A DNA stretch of 64,000 nt from Nanobdellota archaeon (GCA_038046385.1 JBBSWH010000005.1:32001-96000), one strand, 5' to 3'. Counted from the stretch's first letter, positions 8,103 through 18,156 are shown. Numbers and translations are program-made. The notes: generated by a model from the letters alone, not told the origin.

Positions 8103-10157
8103 TCAAACAAACAGCGGAACAAGAACTAATGTTATTGTTGCAAGAAGTTTGATTAAAACGTGCAGTGATGGTCCTGCTGTGTCCTTGAATGGGTCGCCTA
8201 AAGTATCTCCTGTGACTGCTGCCTTGTGAGCGTCAGAGCCTTTTCCGCCGTGGGCGCCTTCTTCAATGTATTTCTTTGCATTGTCCCATGCTCCCCCGCC
8301 TGTGTTGAAAAGCAATGCCATCAAAATTCCTGTGATTGTGGCAACCATCAAATAAGCGGCAACTGCTTCATATCCTAAAAGAACGCCAACAAGTATAGTA
8401 ACAACGACAACAAGCAGTCCCGGAAGAATCATTTCCTTCAAAGAAGCTTTTACGCAAATGTCAACTACTCTTGCATAATCCGGCTTCTGCTTTCCGGTCA
8501 TTATTCCTTTCTTTTCTTTCCATTGCTTTCTTACTTCATTGACAATGCTTCCAGCTGCGTCTCCAACTGCCCTTATTGCAAATGAGCTGAAAAGGAAGAT
8601 TAACATTGCGCCCATCAATGCGCCGACGAAAACTGTGATTTTTGAAATATCGACTGTAACTGTAAATCCTGTGTGCTTTGCAACATCATCAAGATATGCG
8701 CTGAAAAGCAGGAACGCTGCAAGTGCAGCAGATCCGATTGCGTATCCTTTTGTCAATGCTTTTGTTGTGTTTCCGACTGCATCAAGCTTATCTGTTCTTT
8801 TCCTGACTTCAGCAGGGGAGTTTGACATTGATGCTATGCCGCCTGCATTGTCTGTGATTGGGCCAAAATTGTCCATTGCAAGGACGTATGCTGCTGTTGC
8901 AAGCATTCCCATTGTTGCTACAGCTGTTCCATATAATCCGCCTCTTTCGATTCCGCTTAAGAAACCAAGGTGGAATGACAAAAGCAATGCGCCTGACAAA
9001 ACAATAACCGGCAATACTGTTGCTTCCATTGCAACTGCGAATCCGGAGATTATGTTTGTTGCGTGCCCTGTGACAGAAGCCTTTGCAATGCTCCTGACTG
9101 GCCTGTATGTTGATTCAGTATAGTAAATGCTTATCTTCACAATCAGTATGCTTGTTGCAAGCCCAACCAATCCGGCGTAGAAAAACCATGTCCAGCTGTC
9201 GAGGAATATCCATTTTGTTGCGGCATACAATCCAAGTGCAGACAAGACACTCGCAATATAATATCCCCTATTCAGGGCTTTCATTGGATGCTCATTTTCG
9301 TTCTTTAATTTTGTAAACATGACTCCTATAGTGCTTGCAATCAGCCCGAATGCTCCAACTATTAGCGGGAAAACAACTCCGTTGATTCCAAAATAAGGAT
9401 ACAACGCCACTCCGAGAATCATTGCGCCTATGTTTTCTGCTGCAGTGCTCTCGTACAAATCAGCGCCTCTTCCTGCGCAGTCTCCAACATTATCACCAAC
9501 CAAGTCTGCAATGACTGCTGGATTTCTTGGATCGTCTTCCGGGATTCCTTTTTCAACTTTTCCGACAAGATCAGCTCCGACATCGGCAGCCTTTGTGTAA
9601 ATTCCGCCGCCCAATTGTGCAAATAAAGCTACAAAAGATGCTCCAAATGCGTAACCTACGATTAAGAAAGGAACTTCAGTTGGCTTTAATCCTGCGCTGA
9701 ACCAGTTGAAAACGAGAGAAACTCCAAGCAATGACAAAGCTACTACAACAATTCCAGTTATGGCGCCTGACCTTAATGCAACAACAAAAGCCTCGTTAAG
9801 GCTTCTTCCTGCAGCGCTTGCTGTTCTGACATTGGCTCTTATTGATATCCACATGCCAAAGATGCCTGCAAATGCTGATGTTGATGCCCCGATTAAAAAT
9901 GAAGCAGATGTTTTCCAACCCATATCTGTCTTGCCAAAGGCAGCATATGCAATATATATTAATACAGAAAGAACTATTGCGAGGACTGCGATTGTGGTAT
10001 ACTGCCTTTTGACGAATGCTTCTGCTCCTGTCCTGATTGCATTAGAAACGGCCTGCATTTCCTCTGTTCCGGAGTCTTTATTCAGGATCTGCCTTGTAAG
10101 CCAGGCAGCGAAAATCAGCGCCAGAATGCTTATTGAAATAACTAAACCCAAAACCAT
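8103..10157 (-). CDS. hppA: Membrane-bound pyrophosphatase, probably K+-independent H+-PPase
   Basis: GGGIYTKAADVGADLVGKVE, DLVGDNVGD, GDTLGDPFKDTAGP; GNTTKA carries the Lys typical of K+-independent enzymes; start reassigned to MVLGLV at 10157. Confidence 0.93.
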   Translation of the reverse strand: MVLGLVISISILALIFAAWLTRQILNKDSGTEEMQAVSNAIRTGAEAFVKRQYTTIAVLAIVLSVLIYIAYAAFGKTDMGWKTSASFLIGASTSAFAGIFGMWISIRANVRTASAAGRSLNEAFVVALRSGAITGIVVVALSLLGVSLVFNWFSAGLKPTEVPFLIVGYAFGASFVALFAQLGGGIYTKAADVGADLVGKVEKGIPEDDPRNPAVIADLVGDNVGDCAGRGADLYESTAAENIGAMILGVALYPYFGINGVVFPLIVGAFGLIASTIGVMFTKLKNENEHPMKALNRGYYIASVLSALGLYAATKWIFLDSWTWFFYAGLVGLATSILIVKISIYYTESTYRPVRSIAKASVTGHATNIISGFAVAMEATVLPVIVLSGALLLSFHLGFLSGIERGGLYGTAVATMGMLATAAYVLAMDNFGPITDNAGGIASMSNSPAEVRKRTDKLDAVGNTTKALTKGYAIGSAALAAFLLFSAYLDDVAKHTGFTVTVDISKITVFVGALMGAMLIFLFSSFAIRAVGDAAGSIVNEVRKQWKEKKGIMTGKQKPDYARVVDICVKASLKEMILPGLLVVVVTILVGVLLGYEAVAAYLMVATITGILMALLFNTGGGAWDNAKKYIEEGAHGGKGSDAHKAAVTGDTLGDPFKDTAGPSLHVLIKLLATITLVLVPLFV

Positions 10158-10225
10158 ATTAGAACAATGAAATAGGGAGATATTTATAAAGTTTATTGAA
10201 AATGTCATATAATATTGCAACGACT

Positions 10226-10448
10226 GCCGCACGCCACCACATCGGCGGCTGTCGTCGCTTTCGCTCCTCGTCGGACAGACCGTAGGGCGCGTCCCCAGTC
10301 CGACCAGCGCCGACGTGGCGTGCGGCGAGCCGAGGGATGCAAATTGAGCAAAGCTCAATTACACACTTGAAGCTTCGCTTCAAGTCGTGGCTCCTACGGA
10401 GTGGCGAGCAGGTTGCTAGGCAACCGTCGCACTGCCATTGTCGGCGCA
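10226..10448 (+). ncRNA. GC-rich structured element, copy A (candidate ncRNA or non-autonomous repeat)
   Basis: Shares several conserved blocks and covarying stems with 46577-46796; TTTATAAA about 30-40 nt upstream. Confidence 0.55.
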
Positions 10449-10489
10449 TAGTATTTTAACAAATTCGGTTTACACAAAATGGAATTAAG

Positions 10490-11326
10490 ATGATAATAAC
10501 TCATAATGAAGCAAGGCAGCTTTTGGGCGCAAAGAAAGCCGGATTAAAAACGCTTGATGTATCTCTTGACCTCGGCAAAACAAAAGCAAAAGTAACCATA
10601 GATGGGGATTATTTTGCCTTTCCGGATGGGCAGAAAGTTGATGAAGAGCAGCTGAAAAAAACGCTTAAGAAAGATGCGGTCTGCTTTATTGTAAAGGATA
10701 ATTCTGTTTTGAAGGCGCAGCTTTTCTCTGATGATACAAACAAGTTCTACAAGCTCGTGCCAACATCAGATGCACCCACAGTTGAAATATCCGGCATAAG
10801 GATGCATGTGACAAAAAGCATGACTCCAATGCAGGATACTGAGAAAAAGCTCGAGAGCATAATGCCTGTGAAAGGTTTTGTGCTTGATACGTGCATGGGA
10901 CTAGGATATACGGCGATAATGGCATCAAAAAGCGCTGAATTTGTTTTTACCTGTGAAAGAGATGCTAATATAATAGAGGTTGCGATGCACAACCCATGGT
11001 CAAAAGAGCTGTTTGATAACAAAAAAATAAGTATAATCAATACAAGCGTATTTGAACAAATTAAGTTGTTTAAGAGTGGTATGTTTGATATTGTAATCCA
11101 TGATCCTCCAAGGCTGACGCTTGCAACAGAACTTTACTCGCTTGATTTCTATAAAGAGGTTTTCAGAGTCTTAAAAGAAAAAGGAAAACTGTATCATTAC
11201 ACAGGCAATCCCGGCGGAAAAAACAGGAATATTGACCTTGCTGCAAATGTAATGCTAAGGTTAAGAAAAGCTGGTTTTAGTAATATTAAGAAAGCTCATT
11301 TTGGTGTTGTTGCGTCGAAAAAATAG
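10490..11326 (+). CDS. Predicted archaeal SAM-dependent methyltransferase
   Basis: EISGIRMH, VLDTCMGLGYTA, HDPPR motifs. Confidence 0.85.
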   Translation: MIITHNEARQLLGAKKAGLKTLDVSLDLGKTKAKVTIDGDYFAFPDGQKVDEEQLKKTLKKDAVCFIVKDNSVLKAQLFSDDTNKFYKLVPTSDAPTVEISGIRMHVTKSMTPMQDTEKKLESIMPVKGFVLDTCMGLGYTAIMASKSAEFVFTCERDANIIEVAMHNPWSKELFDNKKISIINTSVFEQIKLFKSGMFDIVIHDPPRLTLATELYSLDFYKEVFRVLKEKGKLYHYTGNPGGKNRNIDLAANVMLRLRKAGFSNIKKAHFGVVASKK

Positions 11327-11364
11327 CTTAAGTTTTATATATAAAACATGTTTCTAATACTAAT

Positions 11365-12465
11365 ATGGCACTAAACGAATCTGAAAGGTTTCATCTGAAA
11401 AAGTTCATCAAGGAGCTTGAAAAGTTTAGAGGGCGCCATACAGAATTGGTAAGTGTTTATATTCCCCAGGATTATGATATCAACAAGATAATCAACCATC
11501 TTGCGCAGGAGCAGGGGACTGCGTCAAACATCAAATCTTCCGGAACAAGGAAGAATGTTACAGATGCGCTTGAAAGGATGATACAGCACCTTAAGCTTTT
11601 CAAAAGAACTCCGACAAACGGGCTTGTTGTATTTTCCGGAAATGTTGCAGAAAGAGAGGGAGCGCAGGATTTTAAAGTTTGGAGCCTTGAGCCGCCTGTT
11701 CCATTAAAAACAAGAATTTACAGGTGCGACAAAGAGTTCCAGCTGGATATTGTAAGAGACATGCTGGATGTGAAGGAAGTTTACGGGCTTGTTGTTATGG
11801 ACAGAAGGGATGCAAATATTGCTTTGTTAAAAGGAAAAAGCATAATTCCACTTGTAAAGACGCATTCAGAAGTTCCCGGCAAGTTTAAAGCAGGAGGGCA
11901 ATCTGCAATGAGGTTTTCGCGTTTGATAGAAGGCGCTGCAAAGGATCATTACAAAAAAGTTGCTGAATATATGAAAGAAGCGTTTCTTACCATGGAAGGG
12001 CTGAAAGGGATTATAGTTGGCGGCCCTGGGCCTACAAAATATGACCTTGTGGAAGGGAATTTTATCACTAACGAAGTCAAGAAAAAAATAATAGGCATCA
12101 AAGACTTAAGCTATACTGGCGAGTTTGGACTTGAAGAACTGCTGGAGAAAAGCCAGGATTTGCTGGCTGCAGAAGAAGTGACTGATGAAAAAAAGATTGT
12201 TGGAAGGTTTCTTGAAATGCTGGCCACAAAGCAGAAGATGGTTGCCTATGGAGAAGCAGATGTCATGTCAAAACTGCAGATGGGGACTGTTGACATAATG
12301 CTTTTGTCAGAAGACTTAAGCGATGAGAAAATTGAGGAATTTGAGAATACTGCCAAGCCGGTTGGAACAATTGTGAAGATTATATCAACGCAGACAAGGG
12401 AAGGCGTTCAATTGCGTGATTTGGGGAAAGTGGCTGCTATATTAAGGTATGAAGTTCATACGTAA
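11365..12465 (+). CDS. prf1: Peptide chain release factor aRF1
   Basis: TASNIKS, YRCDKEF, GGQS motifs. Confidence 0.97.
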   Translation: MALNESERFHLKKFIKELEKFRGRHTELVSVYIPQDYDINKIINHLAQEQGTASNIKSSGTRKNVTDALERMIQHLKLFKRTPTNGLVVFSGNVAEREGAQDFKVWSLEPPVPLKTRIYRCDKEFQLDIVRDMLDVKEVYGLVVMDRRDANIALLKGKSIIPLVKTHSEVPGKFKAGGQSAMRFSRLIEGAAKDHYKKVAEYMKEAFLTMEGLKGIIVGGPGPTKYDLVEGNFITNEVKKKIIGIKDLSYTGEFGLEELLEKSQDLLAAEEVTDEKKIVGRFLEMLATKQKMVAYGEADVMSKLQMGTVDIMLLSEDLSDEKIEEFENTAKPVGTIVKIISTQTREGVQLRDLGKVAAILRYEVHT

Positions 12466-12549
12466 GATATAATTTATTTTTTATGTTAAAAAAATAATCT
12501 GTTATGAAAGTAGGAAATTTTATATATTATTAACTACATTTAAGCTTTT

Positions 12550-14796
12550 ATGGGGGTAATTATAAGTAGAAATATTGTATTTATTATCCTATCATTACTA
12601 ATTGTTCCTATATCTTTAGGGATAGTATCTGATTCTCTGCCAATAGGTACGACAAAAGGTTATACTATAGGTCAAGATCATTTTGAAATTAATTGTTATA
12701 ATGGAAATCCAGATTCGCAAATCGCAGATTACAAAATCAATGGTGATTTGCATGGACTACTGCAAGGTTGGACATGGAATTTACCAAATGGGTACACGAT
12801 AAGAAATCTTGGTTTTAGCGGCGGCTCATGTAAATTTTCATTAGGATTAGCCTCTGATCCAGCAATGTGTAATGAGTGTGTTAATCAAAATGAAAAATGG
12901 TGCAAAGGAACGGATTTAATTCAAAGTTGTCAGCCAGTAGGAATTGATAACTGCTTAAAAATTGTTAATTATGAGGGTTGTGATAGTCCTTCTATTTGTT
13001 CAAATGGGCAATGTGCTTTACCTTCAGGATGTTCGAATAATAATCCACCATGCGGCTCTGGATATCAGTGCGTTAATAACCAATGTGTGAAACAATGCAA
13101 TGAGGGGAATATATGCGAAGGAAATTATGTGTACTCTCAAAAAGCAGATTGTAGCAAGCAACAAATAAAATTTTGTCAGTGGGGATGCAACAATTTTGGA
13201 GATTGCTCAGGAGCTCCGCCAGGTTGCACATATAATAATCCTTCTTGCCCTTCTAATTATAACTGTGTGAATAACCAATGTGTTCAAAAAACTCAGACAG
13301 GATGCTCTTATAATAATCCGCTATGTACAACTGGGTACACTTGTTCGAATAATCAGTGCATAAAAAATCAACCTTTAGGGTGTGCTTACCACAATTCAGA
13401 TTGTACTTCTGGTTATGATTGTGTCAATAATGCTTGTATTAAAAAACAACAAGTTATAACTTGTCAACAAGGCTGGAAGTGTAAAGATAACAACAATAAA
13501 GTCTATCAATATTCTGATTGTAGCTTTTCTAGTTCTAATTATTGTAGTTATGGATGTGAGAGTGGTAATTGTAAAATTTGCCAACCAAACTGGAATTGTG
13601 GAGGATGGAATGCTTGTGTAAATAACCAACAAACTAGATTATGTACTGATAACAACAATTGTGGCGATTTTACATCTAAGCCAATTGAATCTCAATCTTG
13701 CAGAAGTGTAGAAACAGAAGTACAATCAATTTCTGAAACTAAAGATTTTGTGAGTGATGGATATCCAATTATATTTGTGCATGGCATTAATTTGAATCAA
13801 AAGGTATACAACGGAACTATATGCGATGGAAATCTAAGGAAAGATTCTTTATTGGATTTTAAAGAAATGCAAAAGAAGTTAGAGGACGATGGACTTTATG
13901 TAAATGCTGGAGAGATTGGTAATGAATTTACAAGTTGTCCAAGTAATTGGCAAAATAATAAGCCCATATCAGTTAGGATGTCATATTACACTAACTGCAT
14001 AGAAGATACCGTTTATTGGGGTGACTATGCTAACAGATTAGGTAAGGTTATTGATGAAGTTAGGAGTTGCACTAAAAGTCAAAAAGTAAATATTATCTCC
14101 CATAGTCTAGGAGGCATAGTCACAAGGTATTATATTAAATATGTACCAAACCATGCCTCTGACGAAATCAATAAAGTTATAATGTTAGGTACTCCAAATC
14201 ACGGCATATCTCCAGCACTTACAGGTTTGTCATTAAACACTTGTTGGTATAAGAATGATAATGACTCGTTTTTATTCTGCCCACTCGGTCAAGTAGATAT
14301 GTTTCCTAATAATCCTAAAGGTGTCTTGAATGATCTTAACATACAAGAAACTTATCCACCAATCAGATATTATACTATTGGAACTACCCAATGGGATGGG
14401 TTAGTAACAATTAATAGTGTGTCTCTTAAAGGAGCCAACAAAAACTTTGTAGTGGATACGGGATGTGACCATTCAGGTTTAAGAGTTCCAGATAGATGCA
14501 AGCAAGCATACAATTTTGTGTTAGAAGCATTAAAATCTTCCACAACTTCTACTGAAACAAAAACACAACAGCAATTAAACCAACAACCAAATACACTTCA
14601 ATCTCAACCTGGGATTACACAACAATCTCAAACACAACAAAACACTAGAACAGACAAACCAAATCCTCAAAGCAAACCAACAAATGAAAAACCAAAAGAA
14701 ACTCAATCTGAGCCTCAAAAACAAGAACAAAAAAGAGAAGAGCCTAAAACTGTAGCTTCATCAATAAAATCTTGGTTTAGTAAGTGGTTTGGATAA
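12550..14796 (+). CDS. Secreted Cys-rich repeat protein with C-terminal alpha/beta-hydrolase (lipase-like) domain
   Basis: Signal peptide; repeated GCxxNNPxCxxxYxCxNNQC; FVHG, SHSLGG nucleophile elbow, GTPNHG, DG, H; Gln/Thr-rich tail. Confidence 0.8.
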   Translation: MGVIISRNIVFIILSLLIVPISLGIVSDSLPIGTTKGYTIGQDHFEINCYNGNPDSQIADYKINGDLHGLLQGWTWNLPNGYTIRNLGFSGGSCKFSLGLASDPAMCNECVNQNEKWCKGTDLIQSCQPVGIDNCLKIVNYEGCDSPSICSNGQCALPSGCSNNNPPCGSGYQCVNNQCVKQCNEGNICEGNYVYSQKADCSKQQIKFCQWGCNNFGDCSGAPPGCTYNNPSCPSNYNCVNNQCVQKTQTGCSYNNPLCTTGYTCSNNQCIKNQPLGCAYHNSDCTSGYDCVNNACIKKQQVITCQQGWKCKDNNNKVYQYSDCSFSSSNYCSYGCESGNCKICQPNWNCGGWNACVNNQQTRLCTDNNNCGDFTSKPIESQSCRSVETEVQSISETKDFVSDGYPIIFVHGINLNQKVYNGTICDGNLRKDSLLDFKEMQKKLEDDGLYVNAGEIGNEFTSCPSNWQNNKPISVRMSYYTNCIEDTVYWGDYANRLGKVIDEVRSCTKSQKVNIISHSLGGIVTRYYIKYVPNHASDEINKVIMLGTPNHGISPALTGLSLNTCWYKNDNDSFLFCPLGQVDMFPNNPKGVLNDLNIQETYPPIRYYTIGTTQWDGLVTINSVSLKGANKNFVVDTGCDHSGLRVPDRCKQAYNFVLEALKSSTTSTETKTQQQLNQQPNTLQSQPGITQQSQTQQNTRTDKPNPQSKPTNEKPKETQSEPQKQEQKREEPKTVASSIKSWFSKWFG

Positions 14797-14883
14797 CAAG
14801 ATAGTTATAATTGGAGATAAAAATCTACTTGTTTTACTTTTAAAACCACAACCTTTTTTAAGCTTACTTAACCTATTTTCTCC

Positions 14884-15546
14884 ATGTCATCGCTTGTTGA
14901 AGAGGCATACGAAGAGTTGTATCCTGATAAAAAGAGCAGTTACAATTTCTTTTTGGAATATTCTGGAAAATTCAAGGCTTACAACGCAAATGTCAGAAGG
15001 CATGGCTATAATATTACATTTAACTTAAGCAAAGAGTGGAGAAAGATAAGCAGAGACATACAGATTGGATTAGTGCAGGAGTTGATGCTTAAGATAATCA
15101 AGGACAAGAAGAAAAAAACAATGAACATGGAATTATATAATCTTTTTCTCAAGAATGTGCATGTTGCAATACCTAAGACAAAAAGCGATCCTTTGCTGGA
15201 AGAATCTTTTAATCGGGTGAATGATGCTTACTTTAACGGCATGATGGATATTCCAAATCTGGAATGGGGCAATGATTCAACAAGCAAACTTGGAAGTTAT
15301 CATTATGGATCTGACCTGATAACAATAAGCACGATTTTTCAGGAATCAAAACAAAATTTATTAGATTACATAATGTACCACGAGATGCTGCACAAGAAGT
15401 TCAAGTTTGAAAGCAAGAACGGAAGAAGTTTGCATCACAGCCCCGAGTTCAAAAAAATGGAAGCAAAGTTTGAAAATAGTGATTTGGTGGAGAAGGAAGT
15501 TTCGAAGCTTGCTAGGAAGCATAGGTTCGGGTTTTTTGGGTTTTGA
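14884..15546 (+). CDS. SprT-like/YgjP-like zinc metalloprotease domain protein
   Basis: YHEMLH (HExxH) and HHSPEF. Confidence 0.75.
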   Translation: MSSLVEEAYEELYPDKKSSYNFFLEYSGKFKAYNANVRRHGYNITFNLSKEWRKISRDIQIGLVQELMLKIIKDKKKKTMNMELYNLFLKNVHVAIPKTKSDPLLEESFNRVNDAYFNGMMDIPNLEWGNDSTSKLGSYHYGSDLITISTIFQESKQNLLDYIMYHEMLHKKFKFESKNGRSLHHSPEFKKMEAKFENSDLVEKEVSKLARKHRFGFFGF

Positions 15547-16395
15547 TTAACTGTGTGATGCTCTTGCGACCCAAGCTGATAATTTATCTTTTAAATAACC
15601 AATTGGTTTTTTTGTGTCTTGCTGATCAATTCCTGCTAATCTTGAAAAATCTGAGCTCCGTACAGAGGACAAAGGAAGAATTTGGGATGTTTTTCCATCT
15701 TTAAATTGAATAGTGACTGCCAGTTTATCTTCTAATTTAGTTTCAGCTTCATTATAAGAAAAACCTATAGTGCTGCCCTGGTAAGTAATTATGGTTTGGG
15801 GAGGGATAGGCCGAACATGAATTGTGTTTGACCCCCTAAAGTTTAGATAGCCATCTGCGCTTCCCACAAATCCCATTGGACAATGCAGCGCCATTGCCGT
15901 GTTTGGATAGATACACACCGTTATCCCCCTTTTCAGATCATGTTCAAAACCAAAAGCCCCTATACTATCGACGATTTCTGCCAAGTCTGCCGGATCTGTG
16001 CTAATAGCTTTTGGTTCTACTTTAATTTTTCCAAATGTCTCTTCAAACGAAAAATATCCACAGCTCATGTTCCGGTATAAATTATAAAAATTCATTCTTT
16101 CCATTTTGCTGAATTGCGGGAATAAATTCCTTATAAGTGCCTCAAAAGCTGGAGAGAATAGACTATCCATAAAGGGGTTGAGCTCTTCAATACTGCATAG
16201 TTCATTTGCAGGGGCAATGTTAAAATTCCATCGCTCCGCAAAATAGTCACGGCATACCTCAGCTACAAGCATTGGATCTCCATGAGTTTTCCTGATTTTT
16301 TTTAATCGGTCTCTCAGAGTAAATCTCTGGGCGGAGGCCAAAACTACATTAGGATTCGATTCTAAGGATTTTTCCAAGGCAGTTGCTAGTTCCAT
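15547..16395 (-). CDS. Hypothetical protein
   Basis: 282-aa ORF with no recognised motif. Confidence 0.65.
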   Translation of the reverse strand: MELATALEKSLESNPNVVLASAQRFTLRDRLKKIRKTHGDPMLVAEVCRDYFAERWNFNIAPANELCSIEELNPFMDSLFSPAFEALIRNLFPQFSKMERMNFYNLYRNMSCGYFSFEETFGKIKVEPKAISTDPADLAEIVDSIGAFGFEHDLKRGITVCIYPNTAMALHCPMGFVGSADGYLNFRGSNTIHVRPIPPQTIITYQGSTIGFSYNEAETKLEDKLAVTIQFKDGKTSQILPLSSVRSSDFSRLAGIDQQDTKKPIGYLKDKLSAWVARASHS

Positions 16396-16464
16396 TTTGC
16401 TTAATCTTCAGTAAAGCCCGAGGGTTACATAAATTTTTACCCGAACTTGTTCGGTATTATAGAA

Positions 16465-17130
16465 TCAGCTTTTCATCTCTCTTATGATGAATGGCAATAA
16501 CTTTATCTCTGCTTTTCTTAAATGCTCCTGAAAGGTTGCAAGAGATATTTTGGCTTCTTTTGCCAGCACTCTTAGCTCTGTTTTTCTCGGGTAAGTGTAA
16601 TAGCCCCTTTGATATGCAAGGATTATTGCTTTTCTTTGACTTAATGATAATTCTGGCAGGACATTTGGAAAATATATTTCTTTCAGTTTTTCATCCTGAA
16701 ATTTAAGCATTTCAAAGTAATCCATGTGCTTCTTCAGGGAGTTTACAAATTTCATCAGTATATTCTTGTCGTAAGCGGCAACATTCCAGTATTCAAACCC
16801 GTCTCTGGAGTTTATTACAGGAGCGACAAAAAACATTTCAGGGCTGTGGTAAAGCTGGACATGCTCGCCTGCTTTTCCCAAATCGACTTCATAGCTGTAG
16901 ATGCTTCCGGATATTTCCAGTTTTTTTATCCTTCTGTCTTTTTTTAAGTCCCTTATGAATGCTTTTTTGTTTTTTTCCTCTCCTTCCAGGAAATGGATTG
17001 CAGTAACATATTTTCTTCCATTTTTGCTGTAATTGGAAGTCGGATAAGCGTAGCTGTTGACTTTGAATTTCTCGCATCTTGGGACAATATGGCAGTCTTT
17101 ATGCATCAGCTTTAACTTTAAAATCCACAT
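16465..17130 (-). CDS. HTH_10 (Bat-like) transcriptional regulator
   Basis: C-terminal LSLSQRKAIILAYQRGYYTYPRKTEL...TFQEHLRKAE. Confidence 0.88.
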   Translation of the reverse strand: MWILKLKLMHKDCHIVPRCEKFKVNSYAYPTSNYSKNGRKYVTAIHFLEGEEKNKKAFIRDLKKDRRIKKLEISGSIYSYEVDLGKAGEHVQLYHSPEMFFVAPVINSRDGFEYWNVAAYDKNILMKFVNSLKKHMDYFEMLKFQDEKLKEIYFPNVLPELSLSQRKAIILAYQRGYYTYPRKTELRVLAKEAKISLATFQEHLRKAEIKLLPFIIREMKS

Positions 17131-17226
17131 AGCTCAAACAAGCCATGCATGTTTTAAATAATTTGTTATCCGTTGCCTTATAGTACATACAAAACCTTTA
17201 AATAGCCACTCTCGTTAATCGGGATT

Positions 17227-17436
17227 ATGACAAACAAACTTCTACCTTTGGCTGCAATGGAGAAACTCCTTAAGCAGGGAGGGGCAGAAAGGGTTTCTGA
17301 CAAGGCAAAAGTTGCATTGAAGAATGCATTGGAAGAGATTGCACACGAAATATCAGTCAAGTCTATCAAGCTCGCGATTCATGCAGGAAGGAAGACAGTC
17401 AAGGCAGAAGACATAAAGCTGGCTGTGAAAGATTAA
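17227..17436 (+). CDS. Archaeal histone
   Basis: LPLAAMEKLLK.GAERVS...HAGRKTVKAEDI. Confidence 0.93.
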   Translation: MTNKLLPLAAMEKLLKQGGAERVSDKAKVALKNALEEIAHEISVKSIKLAIHAGRKTVKAEDIKLAVKD

Positions 17437-17499
17437 ATTCTAGCATAATCTTTATAAATCAGGCGCAAAACCCAAGTATGTTAATATCTAACATTTATA

Positions 17500-17554
17500 G
17501 CAGACATAATCTCACTGGCGTTCGGAATGTCTGCATTTTCGCAATTGAACGCTA
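17500..17554 (+). promoter_or_regulatory. Candidate H-type pseudoknot in 5' leader of aIF5A operon
   Basis: GCAGACAT/ATGTCTGC stem plus loop TGGCGTTCGG complementary to downstream TTGAACGCTA. Confidence 0.45.
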
Positions 17555-17588
17555 AAAACAGAAAAATGAAAGGTAAACTATAAGAAAA

Positions 17589-17990
17589 ATGGCAGACACA
17601 AAATCAATCGGAGCAAACCAGATTCAAAAAGGCACTTCAATAGTACTTGACGGAGTTGCGTGCAAGGTTGTTGATGTTGAAATATCAAAACCAGGCAAGC
17701 ACGGGCACTCTAAAGTAAAACTTTCTGCTGTTGGCCTGATTGATGACAGAAAAAGAATAGTTGTAATGCCTGGGCATGACGCCATTGAAGTCCCTATAAT
17801 AGGCAAGAAAAGCGCACAGGTATTGTCTGTGCAGGGTAATATGGCAAATGTAATGGATGCTGAAACTTACGAGACATTTGATCTTAAAATTCCGGATGAG
17901 CTTAAAGGGCAGGTTGTTGACGGATGCTCTATTCTTTACTGGAACATCATGGGCGACAGAGTACTAAAACAAGTAAAAGGGAGCGAATAA
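17589..17990 (+). CDS. eif5a: Translation factor aIF5A
   Basis: SKPGKHGHSK hypusine loop. Confidence 0.95.
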   Translation: MADTKSIGANQIQKGTSIVLDGVACKVVDVEISKPGKHGHSKVKLSAVGLIDDRKRIVVMPGHDAIEVPIIGKKSAQVLSVQGNMANVMDAETYETFDLKIPDELKGQVVDGCSILYWNIMGDRVLKQVKGSE

Positions 17991-17992
17991 TA

Positions 17993-18154
17993 ATGGTTAA
18001 ATTTCATGAAGCTGAGGTAAGAAAGTTTAGGAATGTTTTTGTCTGCAGAAAGTGCAAGACAAAGAGAAAATCACCTAACGTGAAGATTATACAGGGCAAG
18101 ATAAAATGCCGCAGATGCGGAAGCAAGGCATTCAAGGCCGTAAGGAAGAAGTAA
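17993..18154 (+). CDS. rpl40e: 50S ribosomal protein L40e
   Basis: MVKFHEAE...VCRKC...KCRRCGSK; start at ATG 17993. Confidence 0.85.
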   Translation: MVKFHEAEVRKFRNVFVCRKCKTKRKSPNVKIIQGKIKCRRCGSKAFKAVRKK

Positions 18155-18156
18155 AC

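Noticed and set aside
10226-10448. GC-rich element as RNase P RNA, SRP RNA, hammerhead or HDV ribozyme
   Set aside because: No GAGGAAAGUCC/ACAGAA or SRP helix-8 motif; a CCGACGAG..GAAA similarity on the minus strand of copy A is absent in copy B; no P3 between the crossing helices as HDV requires
10158-10449. 67-aa N-terminal extension of hppA and the 96-aa ORF 10159-10449
   Set aside because: They run through the GC-rich structured element; the natural PPase start MVLGLV follows a TATA box
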